Source: an uncultured Pseudomonadota bacterium
Lineage (GTDB): Bacteria > BMS3Abin14
Assembly (NCBI GenBank): GCA_964454175.1
Contig: CAYVSA010000018.1
Span: 12,330 to 33,055 of the forward strand
Length of the DNA: 20,726 bases
Reading direction: 5' to 3'
Shown here: piece after piece, positions 1 through 7,662 of the stretch
Position numbering within the stretch: position 1 is the first letter of the stretch
Layout of the letters: every line of letters starts with the position of its first letter
Notes under the pieces: generated by a model
The model's input: only the letters and a program-made list of their open reading frames with translations
The model's database searches: none
What the model was told of the DNA's origin: nothing
Program-made: the position numbers and the translations under genes

Positions 1-101
1 CCAGGTGTCGCTTCGCTCCATTTCCAGGCGGCAGCCCATGGCTGCAGTTCCAGGTTCCATGTATTAATGAAAATTTATCGGGCAAAAAAGGCTAATAAGA
101 A

Positions 102-230
102 AAGATCAATGGAACCAGGGTGATCCTGGATATTGAAAGCCGGAGGTCCCGCCCAGGGCGGGATCGAGGATTTCTGACGACTGAAAACGCAGCAGGTTAC
201 CCGTTTTCACCGCCGCATAAACCTCAGAGA
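102..230. other. Cluster of inverted repeats downstream of maf (possible terminator, REP-like elements or structured RNA)
   Basis: TGAAAACG (182-189)/CGTTTTCA (202-209) within a longer imperfect stem, TCCCGCC-cag-GGCGGGA (147-163), CCAGG-gtgat-CCTGG (115-129) and AAGATCA/TGATCCT (102-108/121-127). Confidence 0.45.
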
Positions 231-234
231 AAAA

Positions 235-849
235 TCATAACTTGATGCCAAAAGAGCGGAGGACTAAGACAGCCTCCATAAGCGGCAGTCCCACAACGTT
301 CGTGTATGAGCCGACTATACCCTCTATGAATACCGAGCCGCGGCCCTGGATGCCGTAGGCGCCAGCCTTGTCCATGGGTTCCCCCGAATCGATGTACCAC
401 TGAATTTCCCAATCTTCAAGCTGCTTCATCCTGACCCTGGTCTCTACGGTGACCGCATACTGTTTGTGCCTCTTCACCCATAGTCCGGTGATAGAGGACA
501 AGACTGTGTGTTCCTTCCCGGCCAGCTGCTGAAGCATCTCCCTGGCATCGCGCTTGTCCCTCGGTTTTCCAAGTACATCGTTTCCGTTCAGTATCACGGC
601 AGTATCACAGGCAAGGACGATCGCTTCGGGATGGTTTTCAGCCACAGAAGCAGCTTTTTCCCTGGAGAGGCGCTCCACGTGTTCCCTTGGAGTTTCGTCC
701 GGTGCCAGACTCTCGTCAACATCCGGAGCATCTATATCGAATTCCAGACCTGTGAGCTCAAGCAGCTCTTTTCTTCTCGGTGAACTGGAAGCCAGAATTA
801 TTCTTCTGCGTTTTCTCCAGAATTTTCTGGCTGCCATGAAAGGAGTCAT
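235..849 (-). CDS. maf: Maf family nucleoside triphosphate pyrophosphatase (YhdE-type, dTTP/UTP)
   Basis: Motifs ILASSSPRR, ACDT (catalytic Asp), LGKP and DKAGAYGIQG. The R/T/Q residues fit the YhdE subfamily. Start moved from the TTG at 867 to the ATG at 849, which follows GGAG by 6 nt. Confidence 0.95.
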   Translation of the reverse strand: MTPFMAARKFWRKRRRIILASSSPRRKELLELTGLEFDIDAPDVDESLAPDETPREHVERLSREKAASVAENHPEAIVLACDTAVILNGNDVLGKPRDKRDAREMLQQLAGKEHTVLSSITGLWVKRHKQYAVTVETRVRMKQLEDWEIQWYIDSGEPMDKAGAYGIQGRGSVFIEGIVGSYTNVVGLPLMEAVLVLRSFGIKL

Positions 850-992
850 ATGGTTCTCCGTTTTCAATTTATGAATTTACATCAGCAGACGGACACGCTG
901 ACCTGCATTGGTCCGGGCTCGTACTGCTAGAAGGTTCCATGACATAGGGGGGTCCGGAATGTCAAGAGCTTCAAATCATGGATGAAGGCATT

Positions 993-2570
993 TCAGTTCC
1001 GGATCAGGCTCCAGGGGAGCTCTCCGGCCCGCTCATTAAGCAGGAGACGAGAGGCATAGGGTATCAGTCTGTCAAGCCGTTTCAGGGATAGACCCGCCCT
1101 GGGTATCTCCCCAAGGCGCTGTGCCAGTCTGCTGTCACCAAGGGAAATGAGGCCGTCGAGGTACGCGCCCCTTATCGAACCCGTCTGGACTCTAACACCG
1201 CCCAGGCGTCCCAGCCCGTCCCTCAGATTTTTAAACCTGGCTGTGAGAACTACTTCCGGTGCCATGGGTGATCTTTCAAGTGCTGTGTGTGGTTTGGGGA
1301 CAAAGGGATTAACGCTGACAGTTAAGGTCCCCACTTTGCCGCTTTTTTTACCGGACCTTGCAATTCGTCCCCGGATATCAGCTGCCATATCAACTATTGC
1401 CTGGATATCAGCATCCTCCTCACCTGGGATACCCAGCATGAAATACAGCTTGAGGCTGAGGATGCCCGACTCCTGAAGAAGATCTACAGCATCCATGATG
1501 ACAGGATCCGGCACCTCTTTGCCAATGCTTTTTCTCAGTTTTTCGCTGGCTGACTCTGGCGCGATGGAAACCGTCTTGTGCCCGCCGCGAAACAGGAGCC
1601 CGGTCAGTTCGGGGGTCAGGCGTTCGAGCCTTATGGAAGAGGGAGTAAAAGAACCTCCCCGATCCAGGATCTCTCCGGCCAGGTCCGTCAGACGGGGATG
1701 ATATGATACGGCAGTTCCCACGAGACCGATCTTTTTCCTGTACTTCAATCCTGTCTCGATCTCCTTTATGAACCTGTCCATTCCCAGAAATCTCACCGGA
1801 CGGCACACAGCGGAAGCAGCGCAGAAACTGCAGCCTGCAGGACAGCCGCGGGAGATCTCAAGTGGGTACATGGATCCGAACTCTGTCTGTCGGGTGAGGA
1901 CCACCGGTCTTGCCGGATCGGTGTCAAGCTCCCTGAGCCATGCTCTGTTGATCTTTGCAGGGGCACCTTCCAGCGGTCTGGGAAGCTGCATATCCGCTGC
2001 GGGATCTTCCAGTGAATAAAGGGATGGCACGTAAGCGCCGGGGATACTGCTCGCACTCTGGAGGAGATCTTCGGGGCTGGTTGTACCGTCACCTGCAAGG
2101 AGCAGATCGAAAAACTTTTCCAGGAACGGTTCAGACTCTCCCACAACTATCACATCCATTAACGGGGCGACCGGTTCAGGATTGATGGTCAGAGCAACGC
2201 CCCCGGCCAGCAGCAGGGGGCGCATTCTTCCGGGCGAGGGTACCGTCGCTCTTCCTGCCTCCAGCATCCGGGGGAGGTTGACCATGTCCGGTTGGAAGGA
2301 GACTGAAAAAGCGACAATGTCGAAGTCATTTAAGGCGCGGCCGCCGTCGGGGAATTGAAGCCGGTGACCGTCCCAGAAAACTCTTCTTACGTCGAACTCA
2401 CCTCTGCCGAGGAACGTCCTGAGGATCGTCTGGAAGCCGAGGTTTGACATGCCCACCCAGTAACTGTTGGGATAGACGATTGCAGCCCTGAGCCGACCGC
2501 CCCTGCCGGGGGGGTTGCTGATCCATATCTCGCCGTTTCCTCTTTTTTTATCATCTCTTTTTCTCGGCAC
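993..2570 (-). CDS. Radical SAM protein with N-terminal B12-binding-like domain (COG1032 / TIGR03960-like), function unknown
   Basis: CxxxCxxC motif (EISRGCPAGCSFC, 1821-1844), N-terminal YPNSYWVGMSNLG and GG..LTINPEP..D...VGESE, then SIAPES, LKLYFMLGIPGE and PFVPKPHT. GTG start 4 nt after the ftsZ stop. Confidence 0.88.
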   Translation of the reverse strand: MPRKRDDKKRGNGEIWISNPPGRGGRLRAAIVYPNSYWVGMSNLGFQTILRTFLGRGEFDVRRVFWDGHRLQFPDGGRALNDFDIVAFSVSFQPDMVNLPRMLEAGRATVPSPGRMRPLLLAGGVALTINPEPVAPLMDVIVVGESEPFLEKFFDLLLAGDGTTSPEDLLQSASSIPGAYVPSLYSLEDPAADMQLPRPLEGAPAKINRAWLRELDTDPARPVVLTRQTEFGSMYPLEISRGCPAGCSFCAASAVCRPVRFLGMDRFIKEIETGLKYRKKIGLVGTAVSYHPRLTDLAGEILDRGGSFTPSSIRLERLTPELTGLLFRGGHKTVSIAPESASEKLRKSIGKEVPDPVIMDAVDLLQESGILSLKLYFMLGIPGEEDADIQAIVDMAADIRGRIARSGKKSGKVGTLTVSVNPFVPKPHTALERSPMAPEVVLTARFKNLRDGLGRLGGVRVQTGSIRGAYLDGLISLGDSRLAQRLGEIPRAGLSLKRLDRLIPYASRLLLNERAGELPWSLIRN

Positions 2571-2574
2571 TCAA

Positions 2575-3723
2575 TCAATCCGCCTGACGCCTGAGAAAGG
2601 CTGGCACCTCGAATTCCTCTTCGTCCTCAATCAGCGTTATGGCGGGGCGCCTCGTCTTTTCAACTTTTTCCGGCTCACTTTTACGTACAAAGGCTGGAAC
2701 ATCTTCGTCGGCCCCGAATCTGCCCTTCCAGGGTGGAAGATCACGCAGCCCTCTTTCGCCTTCATCCTTCCCGAACCCCGTAGCGATCACGGTGACCATC
2801 ATCCGGTCGCCCATAGTGTTGTCCTCGACCCAGCCGAATATGATCTCGGCATCTTCGTGTACCGCGTTCTGGACGACGGTAGAAGCCTGCTGGAGTTCGG
2901 CCATACCGACACCCTGGTCTGCAGTAATGTTGATCAGTACTCCCCTGGAACCGTCTATGCTGTTGTCTTCCAGGAGCGGGCTGGAGATCGCAGTTTGAGC
3001 TGCCTCGATCGCCCTGTCATCGCCGGCGGAGATGCCCGTACCCATCAGGGCGCGGCCGCGGCCTTCCATCACGCGCTTTACATCGGCAAAGTCAAGGTTG
3101 ATCTTTCCCGGTTTGGTTATCAAATCGGATATTCCCTTGACAGCGCTGTAAAGAACATCGTCCACTATCTGGAAAGCATCAGATGCCGGAGCTCCGTGCT
3201 TGATAACGGAAAACACCCTGTCGTTGGGGATGATTATCAAGGTATCGACGCATTTCTTGAGTTCTTCGAGGCCAGACACTGCATTTTTCATCCTCACCTT
3301 ACCCTCGAAATCGAAGGGCTTAGTGACGACCCCGACCGTGAGGGCCCCTAACTCCCTGGCTATCCTGGCAACAACCGGGGCACATCCGGTACCTGTTCCG
3401 CCGCCCATCCCTGCTGTCACGAACACCATATCGGCATCTGCTACTGCCTCCCTGATATGCTCGTCACTCTCCTCCCCGGCCTTTTTCCCGATCTCCGGGT
3501 CGGCGCCGGCTCCAAGTCCATGGGTAACCTCCACTCCCAACTGGATCTTTGTAGGTGCAAGTGCGATCTTCAAGGCCTGGGCATCGGTATTTGCCGATAT
3601 GAACTCTACGTTCGTCAGGCGGGACTCTATCATATTATTGATAGCGTTTCCTCCGCCACCCCCGACACCGACAACCTTTATCCTGGCTCTCAGGTCACGG
3701 TTCTCATCCACGAATTCGAACAT
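2575..3723 (-). CDS. ftsZ: Cell division GTPase FtsZ
   Basis: IKVVGVGGGGGNA, tubulin signature GGGTGTG, T7 loop INLDFADV and C-terminal EVPAFLRRQAD. The ATG at 3723 lies 7 nt after GGAGG; the GTG at 3726 is an alternative start. Confidence 0.99.
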   Translation of the reverse strand: MFEFVDENRDLRARIKVVGVGGGGGNAINNMIESRLTNVEFISANTDAQALKIALAPTKIQLGVEVTHGLGAGADPEIGKKAGEESDEHIREAVADADMVFVTAGMGGGTGTGCAPVVARIARELGALTVGVVTKPFDFEGKVRMKNAVSGLEELKKCVDTLIIIPNDRVFSVIKHGAPASDAFQIVDDVLYSAVKGISDLITKPGKINLDFADVKRVMEGRGRALMGTGISAGDDRAIEAAQTAISSPLLEDNSIDGSRGVLINITADQGVGMAELQQASTVVQNAVHEDAEIIFGWVEDNTMGDRMMVTVIATGFGKDEGERGLRDLPPWKGRFGADEDVPAFVRKSEPEKVEKTRRPAITLIEDEEEFEVPAFLRRQAD

Positions 3724-3768
3724 CACGCCACCTCCCTTTTCTGTCGCAGCATCCCCGCGCTGCGGATT

Positions 3769-5001
3769 CTAGAAAAATTCCTTCAGCCATCCCTTCATCG
3801 TGTCAAGGATCCTCTCGAAGATCCTGGATTCATTGGTTCCGAAACTCGCTTCACCGGTTCGTTGCGACGCGAACTTGACCAGGCCAACACCCGTTGCGAA
3901 CATGGGGCTGTTAACCAGATCAACCAGGCCACCGATCTCCATCGGGAATCCCCTTCGGACGGGCAGGTCAAAGACCTGTTCCGCCAACTCCTGCATTCCA
4001 GGCATTATCACCGACCCGCCGGTCAGCACGACCCCTGATGCAACCCTGTCTTCCTGACCTGACCTCAGGATCTCCTGGTGTATCAAACTGAAGATCTCCT
4101 CGGCCCGGGGTTCGATGATGTCGGCCAGGTGTTTCCGGGATATATGTCTTGGCTTGTGACCGCCAACACTATGTACTTCCACCTCCTCTTTTTCATCCAC
4201 CATTTCGGACAGGGCGCAGCCATACTGCTTCTTGATCTTGTCCGCCTCGGTGGCGGGGGTCCTTAATCCATAAGCAACGTCGTTGTTCAGATTGTTTCCT
4301 CCCAGGGGAAGCACGGCAGAGTACTTGATCGAGCCGCCCCGGAATATTGCTACGTCAGTGGTTCCGCCACCTATATCCACCAGAGCCACTCCAAGGTCTT
4401 TTTCCTCCTCGGTCAGAACAGCCACCGAGGAAGCCAGAGGCTCCAGAACTATATCCACGACATCCAGTCCTGCCTTGTTGCAGCACTTGATGATATTCTG
4501 GGCTGATGTAACCGCTCCGGTAACGATGTGGACTTTTGCCTCGAGTCTGACGCCCGACATACCCAGGGGGTCGGTGATCTCGTCCTGGTTGTCCACGATG
4601 AATTCCTGCTTGAGGATGTGGATGACTTCGCGGTCCATTGGCATGGCGACAGCCTGGGCAGCATCGATAACCCTCTCGATGTCCTTTTTTGTCACCTCCC
4701 GGGATTTGACTGCCACCACACCGTGGCTGTTAAATCCCTTGATATGGCCCCCGGCTATTCCCGCATACACACCCTGAATAGGAACGCCAGCCATCAATTC
4801 AGCTTCCTCTACGGCCTTTTTTATCGAGTCCACCGTCGTGTCTATGTTGATGACCACACCCTTTCGCAGTCCCTTTGAGGGGGTAGTGCCCACGCCTATG
4901 ATGTCAACCTTTTCAACGCCGTTCACAGCAGCCACAATGGCGCAGATCTTGGTCGTTCCTATGTCAAGCCCGACTACTATACGTTCCCTGCCCTTGGCCA
5001 T
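3769..5001 (-). CDS. ftsA: Cell division protein FtsA
   Basis: Actin-like ATPase motifs GLDIGTTKI, VDIGGGTTD and VLTGG, plus the C-terminal amphipathic helix ..MKGWLKEFF. Lies between ftsQ and ftsZ. Confidence 0.99.
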   Translation of the reverse strand: MAKGRERIVVGLDIGTTKICAIVAAVNGVEKVDIIGVGTTPSKGLRKGVVINIDTTVDSIKKAVEEAELMAGVPIQGVYAGIAGGHIKGFNSHGVVAVKSREVTKKDIERVIDAAQAVAMPMDREVIHILKQEFIVDNQDEITDPLGMSGVRLEAKVHIVTGAVTSAQNIIKCCNKAGLDVVDIVLEPLASSVAVLTEEEKDLGVALVDIGGGTTDVAIFRGGSIKYSAVLPLGGNNLNNDVAYGLRTPATEADKIKKQYGCALSEMVDEKEEVEVHSVGGHKPRHISRKHLADIIEPRAEEIFSLIHQEILRSGQEDRVASGVVLTGGSVIMPGMQELAEQVFDLPVRRGFPMEIGGLVDLVNSPMFATGVGLVKFASQRTGEASFGTNESRIFERILDTMKGWLKEFF

Positions 5002-5031
5002 AACAAGATCCTCCTGAGATCGGGGAAAAAT

Positions 5032-5871
5032 TCATCCACCGTGACTATCTGTGTTTTCCGGCAGCTCAACTACGCGACCTTTGAACCTGAGGTCGTATCC
5101 AGCCGCGTTCGCATCGAAATTATGTGACTCGATCATCCTTGCCAGACGCTTTATCTCCTTTTCAGCGCCCCCGGGTGTCATCACAAGGACTGTACCTGTC
5201 TTCATGAGCGACACAACGGCCCTGCCGTCCTTTTTCATTGCTATTTCGGAAACCCCTGATGCATCTTCCAGAGAACTCCTGCCCAGAGCATCCAGTACCA
5301 GCAGCCCGGGCAGGGCGTCGTCAGCCGTCTCCCCGATGCGCCATTTTCCCCGGACGCCGGTGATGATCGGGAATGAACCTGCGTAACGCACTTCCTCTCT
5401 CAGAACTACTCCATCCCGATCCACCTCGAAAAATTTCCCCTGCATGACCGAGGCAACGGGTTTTCTCTCAACGACACTTATATGGATAGTGTCCGGGAAA
5501 TCCCTTACAACTGAAGCGTTCGAGACCATGGGAAGCCCGATCACCCGTTTTTTTACCGCGCTTAAATTGACCTTCAAAATGGGCTGTCCGGTGCGGACAC
5601 CACTTGCCTCGATCACCTTTTCAGGCTTGACCGTCAAACAGCCCGACACGTCTATGTGCCTGACGGCTACAGCTGGCAGCCTGACAAGAGTATCGGCCGC
5701 GTATACAAGCGCCCCCAGGGCACCTACAATGAAAAGACCGGCAAGAAGCCCCCTGGTTATCCACCAGGGACGAATTACGCCACCAGAACCCTTGCCGGGC
5801 TTCCTGGTGCGGGACTTATTACCGACCGTCTTGCGTTTGACGGAGGCTCTGCTTTTGGGCCTTTTTTTCAA
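5032..5871 (-). CDS. ftsQ: Cell division protein FtsQ/DivIB
   Basis: Basic cytoplasmic N-terminus, one TM helix, a POTRA-like region (..LPMVSNASVVRDFPDTIHISVVERKPVA) and C-terminal YDLRF. The TTG start overlaps the ddl stop (TTGA), with GGAGG 7 nt upstream. Confidence 0.93.
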   Translation of the reverse strand: MKKRPKSRASVKRKTVGNKSRTRKPGKGSGGVIRPWWITRGLLAGLFIVGALGALVYAADTLVRLPAVAVRHIDVSGCLTVKPEKVIEASGVRTGQPILKVNLSAVKKRVIGLPMVSNASVVRDFPDTIHISVVERKPVASVMQGKFFEVDRDGVVLREEVRYAGSFPIITGVRGKWRIGETADDALPGLLVLDALGRSSLEDASGVSEIAMKKDGRAVVSLMKTGTVLVMTPGGAEKEIKRLARMIESHNFDANAAGYDLRFKGRVVELPENTDSHGG

Positions 5872-6776
5872 CAGGTTCCCTCCCCGGCTGTTTTGAGCAT
5901 TTCCATTATCAGGGATGAAAATTCGATCCCGACCCCGGAAGCAGACATCGGGAGCAGACTCGTAGGCGTCATCCCCGGGATGGTGTTGATCTCGATCACC
6001 GTAAACTCCTCCGGCCCGCCCCTGAAATCTACCCTCGCAGCACCCGCACAGCGCACAGCGCTGCAGGCCGCAAGCGCCATTTCCCTCACACGGAGAGTGG
6101 ATTCTTTGCTGAGAGGAGCCGGGACACGATACTCGTCAGCCCCGGTCACGTACTTCGTGTTGTAGTCATAAAAACCCGATTCGGTAACGATCTGAACCAC
6201 TGCCAGCGGCTCACCATTCAAGACACCCACGGTGAAATCATCGCCGGGAGCAAAGGACTCCAGCAGTACGTAGGGGTCGTGTTCGCGAGCTGTTTCTATC
6301 GCGGTTTTCAAGTCCGCCTCGTTTTTAACAACCGAGATTCCAATAGTTGATCCCTCGCGGCTGGGTTTGACTACCACGGGTACGCCGAGATCAATATTAT
6401 CCCTGTTATTACCTGGCCCGAGGACCTCGAAGGCAGGGGTGTCGATGCCGCAGGCTTTAAGGATCCTCTTGGTCTGGATCTTGTCCATTGCAATAGCCGA
6501 CGCCATGACCCCTGAACCCGTGTAGGGTATTCCCAGCAGTTCGAGAGCCCCCTGGATCGTCCCGTCCTCACCCCCCCTGCCGTGGAGGGCGATGAAGGCC
6601 ACTTCTATCCCCTCGGCGGCAATGTCCTTGTACCAGTCACCGCTGGTGTCTACTGCCACAGCGTTGACGCCCCGTTCCAGAAGGATATCCAGGATGGATT
6701 TACCGGTCACCAGGGAAACTTCCCGTTCGGCAGAAGTCCCACCCATCAGGACTCCTACCTTGCTATCTGAATACAT
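5868..6776 (-). CDS. ddl: D-alanine--D-alanine ligase
   Basis: GGTSAEREVS, LHGRGGEDG, VKPSREGS, omega loop FYDYNTKY (Tyr type, D-Ala-D-Ala) and EINTIPGMT. Start reassigned to the ATG at 6776 after AAGGAGGAGG. Confidence 0.98.
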   Translation of the reverse strand: MYSDSKVGVLMGGTSAEREVSLVTGKSILDILLERGVNAVAVDTSGDWYKDIAAEGIEVAFIALHGRGGEDGTIQGALELLGIPYTGSGVMASAIAMDKIQTKRILKACGIDTPAFEVLGPGNNRDNIDLGVPVVVKPSREGSTIGISVVKNEADLKTAIETAREHDPYVLLESFAPGDDFTVGVLNGEPLAVVQIVTESGFYDYNTKYVTGADEYRVPAPLSKESTLRVREMALAACSAVRCAGAARVDFRGGPEEFTVIEINTIPGMTPTSLLPMSASGVGIEFSSLIMEMLKTAGEGTC

Positions 6777-7662
6777 GGACCTCCTCCTTGAGGTCGACAC
6801 CGCAATTAATCCTGACCGCTTCCTTCACGTTCTCGGCCAACTGGATGAAATCCGCTGCTTTTGCTCCGCCCGTATTGACGAAGAAATTTGCATGAACGCT
6901 GGATACCCGGGCGCCGCCAACAGCTTTGCCCTTAAGGCCGGCAAGGTCTATGAGCTTCCCTGCACTATCTCCCTCAGGGTTCCTGAACCAGCAGCCCGCA
7001 TTGGGTGTACCAACCGGCTGGCTTTGCCCGCGTCTTTTACGCTCTGCTTCGACACGCGACGCGATGGCATCGGGGGCATCGATCACCAATTTGAATTCGC
7101 CGCCCAGGATGATGGCGCCGTCAGGAAGGTCCAGGCACCTGTAGGAAAAAGCCAGGCTGTCTTTTTCGATCCACGAGACTCGTTTGCCTGAAAGGACCAT
7201 AATTCTTGAAGCCACCTCGCTGATGTCGGTTCCTGCAGTCCCTGCGTTCATCCTGAGCGCCCCTCCCACTGTTCCGGGTATGCCTGCCAGAAACTCAAGG
7301 CCCGAAAGACCCGCCCGGATCGCGGCTGCCAAAAGTGCCGAGCTCGAGGCTGCTGCTCCAGCCTCGATGACACCGCCCTTTCTGACGCTCACCTCCGCTA
7401 GACCCTTGCCAAGTTTTACAACGCAGCCTTTGTAGCCGCCGTTGGCGAACAGCACATTAGTTCCGCCGCCGATCACGCACCAGGGCAGCTTTTCGGCCGT
7501 AAGGACATCCAGCAGCAGATTGAGATCGTCCGCGGTCTCAGGCACCGCAAAAAGCCGGGCTGGCCCCCCGACACGAAGAGAGCAGTGCCCCGACATGAGT
7601 TCCCTGTCGGAGATCACTCCGGAAAAACCGCGTCGGTGCAGAGTTTTGCGCACAGCCCTCAA
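6763..7662 (-). CDS. murB: UDP-N-acetylenolpyruvoylglucosamine reductase (type II, short form)
   Basis: LRVGGPA, IGGGTNVL, GIPGTVGGALRMNAG, FSYR, NAGCWFRNP, HANFFVN and LKEEV. The TTG start overlaps the murC stop. Confidence 0.97.
   Translation of the reverse strand: MRAVRKTLHRRGFSGVISDRELMSGHCSLRVGGPARLFAVPETADDLNLLLDVLTAEKLPWCVIGGGTNVLFANGGYKGCVVKLGKGLAEVSVRKGGVIEAGAAASSSALLAAAIRAGLSGLEFLAGIPGTVGGALRMNAGTAGTDISEVASRIMVLSGKRVSWIEKDSLAFSYRCLDLPDGAIILGGEFKLVIDAPDAIASRVEAERKRRGQSQPVGTPNAGCWFRNPEGDSAGKLIDLAGLKGKAVGGARVSSVHANFFVNTGGAKAADFIQLAENVKEAVRINCGVDLKEEVHVFR

Noticed and set aside
1..60. Minus-strand ATG at 60 opening MEPGTAAMGCRLEMERSDTW.. off the window edge
   Set aside because: It has no SD, overlaps repeat and hairpin motifs, and is too short to recognise; it cannot be supported without flanking sequence.
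102..230. Assignment as 6S RNA, SRP RNA, tRNA or a known riboswitch
   Set aside because: No diagnostic conserved motifs were recognised, so it is kept only as an unassigned structured candidate.
2515..3351. 278-aa plus-strand ORF
   Set aside because: It is antisense to ftsZ, has no recognisable motifs, and is a typical shadow ORF of a GC-rich conserved gene.
5868..6776. Ddl as a Van-type D-Ala-D-Lac ligase
   Set aside because: The omega loop has Tyr (YDYNTKY), the gene is in normal dcw context, and no van genes are present.
6777..6800. N-terminal extension MSTSRRRS of Ddl in the ORF track (likewise MKTENH for Maf and MGREDG for MurG)
   Set aside because: These come from longest-ORF calling; better SD-linked starts lie downstream.
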